Shown here one piece after another: positions 23,629 to 36,068 of a stretch of 64,000 bases of DNA; the first letter of the stretch is position 1, and every line of letters begins with the position of its first letter. The DNA comes from Macrostomum lignano (taxonomy: Eukaryota): contig NIVC01002920.1 of the NCBI GenBank assembly GCA_002269645.1, positions 1 through 64,000 of the forward strand. Reading direction: 5' to 3'. The notes beneath the pieces are model-generated. The model was not told where the DNA came from. It ran no database searches and saw nothing but the letters and a program-made list of their open reading frames with translations. Position numbers and translations under genes: made by a program.

Positions 23629-24837
23629 CAGTAAGCGTACCATAGTCTTTGTACATTTACTTCTGAATTTCTTTGAATTAGACTCATTCATTGACAGAAT
23701 CTCAGTCGCCACCTGGAGACTAGACCCAGCAAATCTATCGGTCTTTCCGTTAGTCTCTCTCTTATTTACCACCAATCAACAAAAGAAGAGCATGATAACG
23801 ATATACCTATGAAAACGATATCACAACAAATGAAGTTTGTTTGAATGTTTCCCTTCCAGCAATCCGAGTTCAAGCGCCTATTCGCCAGTGGACGTCCTTC
23901 GTGATGTTATATACGTCGGCGAACTATGGAATGTGTCATGGCTAATAAGCTACGAACGCATTCGAACGTAACTAAACGCATCAAGAGAGTGTTCCACAAA
24001 ATATTATTCTAAATAGTTACTTTAGAATTTATAGCAATTTTAAAGATCCTTGGGAGTGAAAAGTCTCAAAACTTCAGTCATAGAATAGAATGATATGCTA
24101 CTCAAAGTAAAAAGTAAACACTGAGGCTGCTGAGTAGCAGAAAGAGCTCTTTTGTCTATTTGAGTTCAGTTAAAAATCGTAAGCTTAAAATAAGCTTGTA
24201 TCCTTAGTGAGCGAAACAACACAATTTCTTGAGTTGTCAAGCAGCAATTTATTGTTCTTGTGTCCCTACATAGTGCGCATAAAATCGCAGTAATAACATA
24301 ACGCTACGGGTCCCTCGGCATGCGAAACGCGTGGAACATTTACACAAGTGTTTTGCAGCTGCTTCGGGTTGGCTGGCATAGTCGCATAGAAACTGTTTGC
24401 TCTGGAATGGCTGGCGACGGCTCAAATTTTGGTCCATTAAGATGTTTGCTCTGCGCCCGACTCAGGAGTTTCTGGTGTTACATATGCATGCCTAAATTGG
24501 TTTACAGCCCACCCAGACTTTTCTGGAATTGGCAATCAAGAAAAGCAGAGAAACCATGTTAGCTTTCTTCTGCGGAATTTCCTGACATTCTCGGTCGCCT
24601 AAGCGATGCTGAATGTTTTTTGCCAGGAAATTCATTTTGCAGCTCACTTACAGGAAAACTTTCTAATGCTGGCAAACCCTTTGGCGGCGTTTTGAGGCTT
24701 TGAAATTTCGACAAACTTGTAATAATTTTCTCACCTTGCAGTCGCTATGGTGATATAAAATTTTTACACAGAAAGCTGTTTTTTCTTTCTAAAGCTGTAT
24801 TAACTTTTTATTAGTATTGATTTTTACGTAGTTTCAA

Positions 24838-25672
24838 CGACAGTACCGACAGTATCGACAGTATCGACAGTATCGACAATACCGACAGTACCGACAGTAT
24901 CGACAGTATCGACAATACCGACAGTATCGACAGTATCGACAGTATCGACAATACCGACAGTACCGACAGTATCGACAGTATCGACAATACCGACAGTATC
25001 GACAGTATCGACAGTATCGACAATACCGACAGTACCGACAGTATCGACAGTATCGACAATACCGACAGTACCGACAGTATCGACAGTATCGACAATACCG
25101 ACAGTATCGACAGTACCGACAGTATCGACAGTATCGACAGTATCGACAGTATCGACAGTACCGACAGTATCGACAGTACCGACAGTACCGACAGTATCGA
25201 CAGTACCGACAGTATCGACAGTACCGACAGTATCGACAGTATCGACAGTACCGACAGTACCGACAGTATCGACAGTACCGACAGTATCGACAGTATCGAC
25301 AGTACCGACAGTATCGACAGTACCGACAGTATCGACAGTACCGACAGTATCGACAGTACCGACAGTACCGACAGTATCGACAGTACCGACAGTACCGACA
25401 GTATCGACAGTACCGACAGTATCGACAGTACCGACAGTATCGACAGTATCGACAGTATCGACAGTATCGACAGTATCGACAGTATCGACAGTATCGACAG
25501 TATCGACAGTATCGACAGTATCGACAATATCGACAGTACCGACAGTATCGACAGTATCGACAGTACCGACAGTACCGACAGTATCGACAGTACCGACAGT
25601 ACCGACAGTATCGACAGTATCGACAGTATCGACAGTATCGACAGTAACGACAGTACCGCCAGTACCGACAGT
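24838..25672 (+). repeat. 9-bp minisatellite array 2 (same unit and orientation as array 1)
   Basis: About 92 units; a third variant, cgacaatac, recurs every 4th unit in the 5' part. Confidence 0.97.
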
Positions 25673-25768
25673 ATAGATACTCAACAGTAGATACTCAACA
25701 GTATTATAGTTTTAGTTCATTAGTCAGAGTACTTCAATTCAGTGTGCAAGCGATGCAGTGGAAGTCCT

Positions 25769-26659
25769 CTACCGGACCAGAATCGCCAGGTAGTCGGCAA
25801 CCCGACCGTGATCTTTCCACGTAGCGTTGATACCCAAATTGTAGAGGATCGTCGGAAAAGTAGTGAAATTAAAAAACGTGCACCAATCGCTGGGGGTGTC
25901 AATGATCACCAAGGAGCCAGTATCTGTCGGGCATAGCTGGGAAAATATGTTTATGAAAAAACGTCGCCTAACTAGGGAGCCAGACACGGAACCTTCGAGG
26001 CTGAAAAAGTTGAACTTTTCGTTTTTCAGATTCGTTATGGGGGCCGTCTCGATAAGTCTCTGACTGGTGAACCAGTTGGTCTGGTTCACTCGCTCAGCAG
26101 CGGTTCCAACATCGAACACCCATCGCATAACAACAGATGAGTTTCTGTAGACCTGCACAATGAACTGCTTGTAGACTAGGCTAGAAATCAATCGCTGCAT
26201 GTCGTTGAGCAGACTCGACCTGAATGCGGCGGGCAGGGTTGCAGCCTCCGGGTGAGCCGGCTGGATCACGTAGTCGAATTCGGCAGCAACAGAATTGAAC
26301 AGCTCCCAGGCTTTTTGACCGCTGCCGCTCTTGATGCTGAAGACGACGTGCTCAAGAGCGATGCGGCTAAGAGGCATTTGCAGAGTGTAGCTGCAGCTGC
26401 TTGAGCAGAGCTTGTATCGAGGGCACAGTGACGCAATCAACTGGCACGACTTTCCGGAGTTCTCGAAAACTATGGCTGAAGGGTCGGTGGACATGGCAGC
26501 CGCGATTGAGCATTGCAGTTTGTCTCCGGTGACCAGGGTGGCAGTCACTGAGCAGTTTGGGTAGAAGGCGTACTGCTTAAACTCGACTCTCTTACTGGGA
26601 CACGTCGGCAAAGCCGAGGCTGCACTCTGTGCCAACAGAAGCAATACAAGCAGAATCAT
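25769..26659 (-). CDS. Secreted ~300-aa protein, PAN/apple-like Cys module plus unidentified C-terminal domain (paralogue 1)
   Basis: Signal peptide MILLVLLLLAQSAASA; C..AA.......S..F.....SCQL pattern; FSLEG...RRFFIN...C..D.G motif shared with the two paralogues; intronless ORF. Confidence 0.85.
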   Translation of the reverse strand: MILLVLLLLAQSAASALPTCPSKRVEFKQYAFYPNCSVTATLVTGDKLQCSIAAAMSTDPSAIVFENSGKSCQLIASLCPRYKLCSSSCSYTLQMPLSRIALEHVVFSIKSGSGQKAWELFNSVAAEFDYVIQPAHPEAATLPAAFRSSLLNDMQRLISSLVYKQFIVQVYRNSSVVMRWVFDVGTAAERVNQTNWFTSQRLIETAPITNLKNEKFNFFSLEGSVSGSLVRRRFFINIFSQLCPTDTGSLVIIDTPSDWCTFFNFTTFPTILYNLGINATWKDHGRVADYLAILVR

Positions 26660-27196
26660 GGGTGTCTTGAAGAGCTTTGAAATTAACTTGAGAAATTTTT
26701 CAATAGCTTGGCTTCGTTGCTGTGAATTGATTTCTGAGAGCGAGATAGCTTAAATATTTCTATCCATAGCCAATCAGATGCCAGAGTCGACAGCCCAGAC
26801 TTCATGCTAATCAATGGCCAATTCGCCATCTAAGTCAAGGACTTTTACTGCATAGGTAATTTTTCCCCCGCTCAATATTTTATCTTGGATTACTCAAAAT
26901 CCTGAAAAATCCTTTCGCTCTACTTTAGTAGGCACAAGTGGGTATGTTGAAAGTAATTACGAAAGAATGCGATATTTTGGACTCAGCTTCTCTACGAAGC
27001 ATGAGACGACGTCTTCCAATAACATGACTAAGTTAGGCTTAGCCAATACGGAGAAGGTAAAGGGAGTAAATATACTTGGAGAACATCGTAAAAGGCTTTT
27101 TAATCCACATACACTGCCGAACAACCGATCGACCAAGCTTTAGGGATCAAAGATAATTTTCAAACAAGTTTTTATACAGACCATTAAACTAAAAAT

Positions 27197-28108
27197 ATGA
27201 ATAACTTTCTCCCACTAATTGTACTGCTCTATAACGTCATCTTCAATTTTCATTTTGCAACATCAACTGCCTGTAGCTCTAAAAGGCTTCAGTACAGAAA
27301 GTATGGCTTCCTGCCCAACTGCTCCGAGTCCCTCACGCTGAGCACCGGACGCGCTCACGATTGCGTTATGGCTGCAGCTTTGTCACCCGCCCTGTCTGCT
27401 GCGATCGTGTCTACTTCCGAGGCCGAATGTCACGTGACCACTGCCCAGTGTCCTCGCTACCTGTTGTGTTCCACCGACTGTCCCTACACCGTGCTCATGC
27501 CTGCCAGTGTACTCAACAGCCTCGAGCACATACGGATGAGCGTGAAGGGCGGCTGTGGTTACAAGATATGGGACGTGCTGACTGGGTCGGCATTGCCACC
27601 TGACCCTGTTGTCCAGCTGGCCCCTCCCAGCGCAGCTGCCCTGCCGAACGTCTTCCGCTCGAGCGTGCTGGACGACATGCAGCGCCTGATCTCCGGCCTG
27701 ACTTTCAAGCAGCTCATCGTGCAGCTGTACAAGAGCTCCGCTGTGGTTGTGAGGCTCGTGTTTGATGTCGGGACGAACTCCGCCAGTGTCGACCTGACGA
27801 ACTGGTTCAGAAAGGAGCGTCTCGTACAGAGCTTTCCGGTCACCAACCTCGCCAACATGAGCACGAACGTCTTCAGCATCAAAGGAGAAAATAGAGGCTC
27901 GTTTCAGAGACGTTTTTTTGTCAACTTTAACTATGGTGGCTGCAATAATGACCGCGGGCTCATGGCAGTCTTGGATTCCAACGATGACTATTGCGCAGCA
28001 TACCAATACTCACAGCCGATTCCTCGAATCGTGTTTAGTTCGGATCCCAGTCGCACAATGGCGACGACAATTCAGGATGCCGAACATTTTGCCATTTTGG
28101 CGCGCTAA
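27197..28108 (+). CDS. Secreted PAN/apple-like protein (paralogue 2), divergently oriented to paralogue 1
   Basis: 303-aa ORF with hydrophobic N-terminus, conserved Cys spacing and RRFFVNFNYGGCNNDRG. Confidence 0.87.
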   Translation: MNNFLPLIVLLYNVIFNFHFATSTACSSKRLQYRKYGFLPNCSESLTLSTGRAHDCVMAAALSPALSAAIVSTSEAECHVTTAQCPRYLLCSTDCPYTVLMPASVLNSLEHIRMSVKGGCGYKIWDVLTGSALPPDPVVQLAPPSAAALPNVFRSSVLDDMQRLISGLTFKQLIVQLYKSSAVVVRLVFDVGTNSASVDLTNWFRKERLVQSFPVTNLANMSTNVFSIKGENRGSFQRRFFVNFNYGGCNNDRGLMAVLDSNDDYCAAYQYSQPIPRIVFSSDPSRTMATTIQDAEHFAILAR

Positions 28109-28309
28109 AGTTGAAAAATTATTAGACTACATATAACCAACGTTGGGATCAATGATACATATTTTTGCATATTACCATTTGTTTGCACGACATTAATTGT
28201 CTAATGGTTTACTCGTAGATATTTTTCGTTATCGAGTTTTGCTATCTTTCAGTGTCATAATTATATAATAGTTAATTAATCTTATTAATCTTTATTGATA
28301 GTAAATAAA

Positions 28310-28602
28310 AATTGATTACACCTGCCCTAATGGGCAGATGCGTAACCGACAGCTCAGCCGCTGCTATTGCCTGGCGCATTTGAAGGCTGCGTACGGCTGT
28401 TCAGTCCAAGGAACGAGGGGTCACCATGCACACACACCCTCAATTACCCCAGCTACATGAAAGGATGGCACCAAATTTACAGATGGGTGAGCTGAAGCAA
28501 TTGCTCAACGACACAAACTGTTTCAAGGGGGTCGAGAATCGAACCCCCAACCTTTCAAACCTGAGTCCGACATTCTTACCACTCAGATACACGAGCCTCA
28601 CA
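28310..28602 (-). mobile_element. SINE family A, copy 2
   Basis: Reverse-complement similarity to 4452-4730 (gattacacctgccc...aaccgacagctcagccgc...caattacccca). Confidence 0.75.
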
Positions 28603-29614
28603 ACCAAAATCCCCAAGATATTGGGTAACTTTTAAAAATGCTGCATTGAACTATTATTGAAAAGGTATACTTTTTAATGCTGTAGGTAGTAAGCCTATAC
28701 ATAATTTGTCAATAAAGTCAAGCGTAATGCATGACTAGTTTGTTGAGCTGCAAATTTTTGTGTCAAATAAAGTAAAAATTGATAGACTAATAAACCGACT
28801 CAATTCATTTACATCTTGTCAAGTTTGGTTTATTTGACTTTGGTTTATTTGACGTTTGGCTTTTGAAATGGAAGTCTTCTTTAACGATCAATGCAGAATT
28901 TTATTCAAACACAAAGGAAATTTCTCTGTATCTTCAATAGGAACACAAATTGCCGGAAACAGTGAGATGCATAGACATGTTATGATAAAATTTGATAGAC
29001 ATTGATAAGCCGATATTCACTGTGTCGTGAATAGGGTCATTGAGCGAGAACCGGCGACCACTTTTAGCAGCAATAAAACACGCTTTTAGTTTTAACTAAG
29101 TGTTGCATTTGACTACATGAGCCCAGCATTGTCAGCCTTTGCCTAAAAGCATTGTAAAACGCATTTATGTATTTACGTTGTTGCATAAAAGCTCCTAACA
29201 CGTCTGTATCTACTCTGGTTTAGAGTCAAATGTCTCTGAGATACAAAGCAAATACTCTATATTAAGCAGTTCACACCTAATGGCTGGCACGACACCGCCA
29301 GTGGTGTTCGCAGATAATTTTGATGGTATTCACAGATACAAGAATTCTAGATAACTCACTAGTAGGGTTCGGAGTTTGTCATTCAGTTAAACTACTTCTA
29401 AATAGCTCGTAAGTAGTGTGATGCGAGAATTATACGTTATTTACGACAAATTGGTTTTGAAAATCTGTTTAGATATAAATAAAATTTATCTTCTTCAGAG
29501 CTGACAAACGTCTTTATTTATCCAGTTTATTATCCGTGCGCTATTTTTGACATGGGATGCCTCCGCTTTCAGGTCATATAAGTAAAAATAAGTCTTGAGT
29601 AAAAATTATCTTTA

Positions 29615-29830
29615 AGCACCAAGGGGCTTTAGCACCAAGGGGCTTTAGCACCAAGGGGCTTTAGCACCAAGGGGCTTTAGCACCAAGGGGCTTTAGCACC
29701 AAGGGGCTTTAGCAAGGGGCTTTAGCACCAAGGGGCTTTAGCACCAAGGGGCTTTAGCACCAAGGGGCTTTAGCACCAAGGGGCTTTAGCACCAAGGGGC
29801 TTTAGCACCAAGGGGCTTTAGCAAGGGGCT
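29615..29830 (+). repeat. 16-bp tandem repeat (agcaccaaggggcttt)
   Basis: About 13 units, some with a 3-nt deletion. Confidence 0.95.
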
Positions 29831-31748
29831 ATCCAAACAAAGATTCTCAGAATATTTGTTGGGATAGCCAATTCAAAAAAACCCGTGTGAATTGCTGGAT
29901 ATTTGCTTGGATGGCATAAAATGCCAGTCATATTTGAGCGCATCGAAGGTGATTGACAGCCAGGTAACGCGAAACCGCCGCGCATGATTGCATCTTAGCT
30001 AATAATTGGTTAAGCACTCTCCGAACGCATCTGGATCCCATTTAGCTCCACTCTGCCACAAGTATTCCATGAGTTTATATGCTATCGTGATATGATTCCG
30101 CTATCTTCCGAACGGAAAGTTGCAAAAGTCAAAATTCCATGTCACCTACATGTAGCTCTTCCTGCCATTCACAAATCCAATTCGAGGATAGCATGGAGGA
30201 TTCGAGGATAAAGCTGGACAGTCAGAAAAAATCATGCAGTTTAGATGGAATTTCTACATCTACCTCATAAATTGTATGCATTGAGAAGTCCCTTATTTAA
30301 TTAAATTCTGTCAGCCATCGCAAATATGTAACAATTGTTTCCAGATTCATTTGCCAGCCCGAAAGATTATTCGGCTCAGGTATAACATTGATTTTTTCAG
30401 AGCGGGGCAGTAGTGCTTGCGCTGGTCTCTTTCCTGTATTTTCTTTTCCGCTCTCCTCATGGGCGCGCTGGATTAAGCGAGAACCGCAGCACGAAAGAAG
30501 ATCTCTAACATTTTTGGTAGCTACAGCTACCAAATCCTCAGTGGCCACCCTTTGTATAACAAAGGAATGTGGAGGGCAGGTGGGTTTAGCAAAAAAGCAT
30601 TCTTGTTTTCCCACCGTGTGTCTGGGCTTCAATGCAGCGAAGTCAAGCAGGTCCAACATGTTCAATGAGGAGGTCCAAAGCTTGGATGAAAAAAATCGAT
30701 ATTACTCGGCTCTGCATGATACAATATCGATTTTTTCAGAGCGGGTGGCTGCAGTAGTGTTTGCCCCGATCTCTTTCCGGCCTTATCTTCTCTCTTTTCT
30801 CCTCGTGGGTACCCTGGAGAGAGCGTCTCCAGCATTTTTCAGCAGTTATCCAGACAGCACAGCTTCAGTGTAGTGGATTTTTTACCTTTGTCAGAAGCCA
30901 GGTCTTGAGACAAGAATTTGGCCTCCAGGGTCTTCAGGTGCATACGCGTAGAATATTTTGAATTTCTATAGAAGCCTTCTAATTTCAGCAAAGTTACTGT
31001 AAATTTAAAGTGCCATGAAATTTATTTATTAGCTACCTTGTACAGTTGATTCAATGTAGTTTATTCGGCATTTTAATTTCGACTTGGGACAGAACTTTTG
31101 CATGCACTGGAGCGCATTCCTTCTGGCAACTGGCACTTGGAGTTCTACGAGCTAATTAGACTCGTGCTGTTTATAATATAAATTTACTGAGACAACTAGG
31201 AACATTTTTATGATACCTTATTTTTTAGGACGGTCAGGACCATGTGCTGATGTTGAATTACGTTGGGCAGCATAAGAGATAAAATACTTCTAATCCTTCT
31301 TTAGAAACAATGAACATGGAATTAATAGGATTATGGTGGCAGGGGAAAATTCTCTTAAGTATTATGTTGGAAGATATTCGAGCTCATTCGATACCCCTAT
31401 ACTACCGATATCTGTGGGAATAACGAATATAGAATCCACGCAATTATGAAGGAAGCGAATTATTCCCCATTATGCTTACCACTTGTCTACCCAATCAAGT
31501 ACCCCAGAATTGAAGCAGGAGTTGATGAGCAGGTTGCAGCAGCCGGAGGCTTCTTGTTAGATTTCCTCATTCGCTGCATCAATCTTCGCCAATGAATGCC
31601 AAGGCATCACAGGAGAGTCTACTGATACAGATAAATACCAAAGTCCACAGTAAGCCACAACATCCCGCGTTTTCGCTCCCACAGCGGCAAAAAGAACGAT
31701 TTCTGTATGTAAAGCTTTGCTGTTTTGCTTATCTAATCGGAAGTAAAA

Positions 31749-32660
31749 ATGGAAACTCTACATCTCATACCGCTAGTATTATATGCGATCGTGAGTACAT
31801 TCTCTTCGGAAGTGATTGCTGATTGCACCCATAAGCAATTGCAGTACAAGCGACACGCATTTCGTCCGAACTGCTCTGACCTGATGACGCTGAGCACAGG
31901 AAGTGCTCAAGATTGCGTTATGGCTGCAGCTGTGTCTCCCGTCCAGTCTGCCGCGGTCGTGTCTACTTCCGAAGCCGAATGTCACGTGACCACCGCCCAG
32001 TGTCCTCGCTACCTGCTATGCTCCACCGACTGTCCCTACACTGTGCTCATGCCTGCCAGTGTACTCAACAGCCTCGAGCACATACGGATGAGCGTGAAGG
32101 GCGGCTGTGGTTACAAGATATGGGACGTGCTGACTGGGTCGGCATTGCCACCTGACCCTGTTGTCCAGCTGGCCCCTCCCAGCGCAGCTGCCCTGCCGAA
32201 CGTCTTCCGCTCAAGCGTGCTGGACGACATGCAGCGCCTGATCTCCGGTCTGACCTTCAAGCATCTCATCGTGCAGCTGTACAAGAGCTCCACCGTGGTT
32301 GTGAGGCTTGTGTTCGATGTCCGGACGAACTCCGCCAGTGTCAACCTGACGAACTGGTTCAGAAAGGAGCGTCTCGTACAGAGCTTGCCTGTTACCAACC
32401 TCGCCAACATGACCACGAACTTCTTCAGCATCGAGGGCGCCACTGACTATACAAACTTGAGAAGATTTTTCATTAACTATAGCTACGGCGGATGCGACAT
32501 TGACAAAGGGTTTATGGCTATTCTAGATTCGAAAATTGACGTTTGCTCCATGTACCAGTTTTCAGAGCCGATTCCTCGCATTGTCTTCAGTTCAGATCCG
32601 ACAAAGTCGATGGCCTCAACACTTCAAATTGCCGACTACATGGCTATTCTAGTGCGCTAG
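31749..32660 (+). CDS. Secreted PAN/apple-like protein (paralogue 3)
   Basis: 303-aa ORF; centre nearly identical to 27197-28108. Confidence 0.87.
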   Translation: METLHLIPLVLYAIVSTFSSEVIADCTHKQLQYKRHAFRPNCSDLMTLSTGSAQDCVMAAAVSPVQSAAVVSTSEAECHVTTAQCPRYLLCSTDCPYTVLMPASVLNSLEHIRMSVKGGCGYKIWDVLTGSALPPDPVVQLAPPSAAALPNVFRSSVLDDMQRLISGLTFKHLIVQLYKSSTVVVRLVFDVRTNSASVNLTNWFRKERLVQSLPVTNLANMTTNFFSIEGATDYTNLRRFFINYSYGGCDIDKGFMAILDSKIDVCSMYQFSEPIPRIVFSSDPTKSMASTLQIADYMAILVR

Positions 32661-33654
32661 TTTGATCTGTGCGTTCAGAATTGGTCACAATGCTGCTTTG
32701 ACGGGCGAGTTATTGACACAAGTGATGTCGTCGGTGATCACTATGTGGCACTACTGAAAACTTTTTACTAAACCTCAAAGCTAACGTAATTTTCATTTTT
32801 GTTGCTGTTAAAGGTCAAAAAGTCTAATTTGGGTGTCAAATTTCTTGTCTCGTATCTATAGTCAAGTATTTTATATAGATTTCTATACTTCTATCATTTT
32901 GTATCTCAAACTTGTTTATTGGGGGATATTAATCGCACGAACACCCCCGGCCCTACCGCGTTGGGAAACACACTAGGGGTCTTGTCGCGAGAGTTATAAG
33001 CTTAGGAGAAAAAAGCTGTGTTTCCAACAAAGAACTAATTTTTGCGTTTTTTGAACAGATCTGTTGTAAGCCGTTTCTATTTTTGTTTATTAGCTACTGA
33101 GAACGATCACATGTAACGTTATATTCGTCCATTGTTAATAAATTTTCTCTGCATTATATTCAGTGACAGCAATTTTAAAGAAGTCCCTTAAAGTAGCTAG
33201 CTTTCCTCTTCAAATACACTTATTGCCTCCCTTTGAGCTCTTTGCAAACAGAAAAGTAACGACTCTAAACTTTTTAAATTCACACCTTTTCAAGGCTTTG
33301 TATTGGAGCTCCTTAAAAAAAGAAAGTAAAGAGGTGCCTCAAACTTATGATTGGCACATAACTTTAAAATTAGCTAAACCTTTTTCACCTGTAAGAAATT
33401 CGTCAAAGAATGAGCAGCCATTTAGCACATATGGATTTAATTGCAATTTGCATCAGCAGATGCTGCAACTTAACAAGAAGATTCAGAATTGAAATCTGAA
33501 GTGCTACAAAAATTCTCATTGCAATTCTACCAGCTGCATAACTCTCATATTCGTATCTGCAATGTTATGATAGTTGCCTATTCTCACTACGTATTGACGA
33601 AGAAAAATATTCTAAGCAAAATTACAGGTGTATATACAATGCCTGTTTGTCTGC

Positions 33655-33656
33655 CC

Positions 33657-33724
<68 letters not shown>

Positions 33725-33726
33725 GC
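33655..33726. repeat. (GTCT)n microsatellite
   Basis: Direct reading. Confidence 0.95.
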
Positions 33727-34777
33727 TTCAGGTCTGAATTTGGTGGCTACTGGTCTTCAGTCAGGCGAAACTCCTGGATTTTCAACAAGTGGCACCAGTT
33801 AACAAAGGACATCTACGAGTAGTTGGGAATTTTTACAGTGCCAATGGCCCAGCATCAACAGTAGGGATTGGTCTCTCACGAATTTATACGTCATCGTGAA
33901 GCTATCGACATCGACGTCTTCAACACGTAGCACCGACACACTGTTGTGAATATGTCAGACTCGTTTTTATCATAGACCCTGTTGTGAACTTTAATGATAT
34001 ATAATACAATTGTCAATTCACCATGCGATACGAGTACCTCAGACGCAAGAAAATATTTTAGACTGAATATTTGTTCACCAAGTGACACAGTCCATGTGGG
34101 TGTGCAACTCCTAAGTGCACACCGCTGACAAAAACCTGCGGATGAATGCCGTGCAGATTTACGCGGACGGGGCAGTACTCAAGCATCCTATTTACCAAAA
34201 TTTGAGCTCATTAGATCGATGAGACCAACAAAGACGGCGGCTTGCACCAGTGCAGTAGGATCAGTGTAGGCCGAATTGAGAGCAAAGCAAAACAGTTTAT
34301 TTGTGAAAATTAATTTGAGTTGGTACGCTAGTAATACAAAATTTGACGTTATTAAAAACAGTTAAACAGTTAAAAACAGATAAATTTGTCTGTTACTATG
34401 TCTGAATGATATTAGCAAAAGCACATTCACATAGTTTAAAACAGTAATAATGTAAATTTATCGATAACAATATTAAAATATTATTTGTTACAATACTTCG
34501 TTCGTTATAACTAAAACACATCCACATTATTACAAATAGCTAGTCATAATTCATAAAATAAAACTGTTTTCTACAATCTACAATACTGGATTTGTAACAA
34601 AACACTGCTTATTTTTCACATTGAGAAACAGCTTGCAGAGATGATTCCGTCTCAAATTTTTTTCAAACGTACTTAGGCTTGAAGAGCCTAAACGATCTAT
34701 GTAGAAGTACTGTTAAGTAATTTATAACGTATGAAAATGTAAAAGTATGGCCAAGTTAAAAACCAACTGCTTCTATG

Positions 34778-36068
34778 TCACTCGCAGACAGCGTACACGT
34801 CGAACTCGTCGTCATAAACGCCGATGAGGTCGTCAATGCCGCCGCAAGTGCCCACCATCGTGCCAACAATGGTATCGATAGCACTTTTCGCCTTGTCAAT
34901 TTCTCTCCTTTGTTCGTCAGTCGGCGGAGGTCCGACATTCTCAAGGCCGAAGGTCGCTTTGGAGGCCTCTACCAGACCCCGCAGCTGGTCAAATTTGGCT
35001 CTGGCGGCTCTCTGGTCATCAGAAGCGAGCGCTGCTTGCAGGGCGGCCGCCTCCGCCCGCTTGCGAACTGCCAAAGCGGCCCAGTCGGCCTTCGGTGTGG
35101 CGGAGTTCAACAGGTCCTGAAGGCGCTTCTTCTCCATGTCGAGAAACTCAATCAGACCCACGATGAGGCTGTTCCAGGGCTGCAGTGAAGCGTTGACTCG
35201 GTCAGCCTCTGCAGTTTGTTGCTGCACCCGATCGACCAGATTCGTACAATCGGCCTTGCGTTGAATTGATTTATTAAAGTTTGAAATATTGTATAAAAAG
35301 TGTAAATAAAGACTACTTCTGAAATTCAAAATTGCTAACTGTTGAGTCGACGTAAAAAATTCCAGTATTTGCAGCGGCAGAATGCTCTCGTACTTGACGT
35401 TTCATGCAAAGCAAGCAGAACAGGGAATAAACGTCAAACATTCCACTAGAGGCAAATTGAAACGACTTTAATGCTGACTTTTACCTCGAACTGCATCCAA
35501 TGAATGCTGAAGTGCCGGCTGCACAGCCGCCTGTCGCAGTGCCTGCACTTGACGAAGACAGGGATGGTGCACTGGCCAGCTTCGTCCTTCCACCGGCAGG
35601 TGGCGCCCTCTTGGGGTATCAGGTGAGAGGAACTGATGAGCCTCTCCATTGTGCTGTTCTGTAGCGGTTTGGTGCTAAGCTGGCTCCTGCATATTGGACA
35701 AGTGCTGGCTTCCCGAAGAAGCCGCTCGTAGCAGGGACGGCAGAGCGTGTGATGACTCGCACACACGTAGAGAGGGTCAGTGAAAGTTCCCAGACACACA
35801 GGGCATTCTAGGTCTTTGTTAGTTTCTTCACCTGATTAAGATTGGATCGAATTGTAGAATGAGCAAGAATCTTTTGAAAAGCACCAATTATTCCACAATA
35901 AAACGACTAATCTTATATATTATATTATAGCAGTGCATTGTAATACATAGTAGGGCCTTAATATAGTGCAAACCAATTTGAAAACTAACAAATCAGCATA
36001 AAAAATTTACCTGCATCGGTTTCATATTGACTGTAACAAAGGTTCAAATATACTCTTGAATCAGCCAT
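34778..36068 (-). CDS. TRIM-like RING / B-box-like / coiled-coil protein, copy 2
   Basis: Exons (-) 36068-36011 (tentative), 35831-35485 and 35254-34778, phases consistent. CPVCLGTFTDPLYVCASHHTLCRPC...CPIC; CRHCDRRLCSRHFSIH; FE|ADC phase-0 junction. Confidence 0.8.

Noticed and set aside
22688-25684. (CRY)n, (DST/DSI)n and (VDT/VGT)n ORFs as proteins
   Set aside because: They are artefacts of a stop-free 9-bp unit open in all six frames; no splice or start context supports them.
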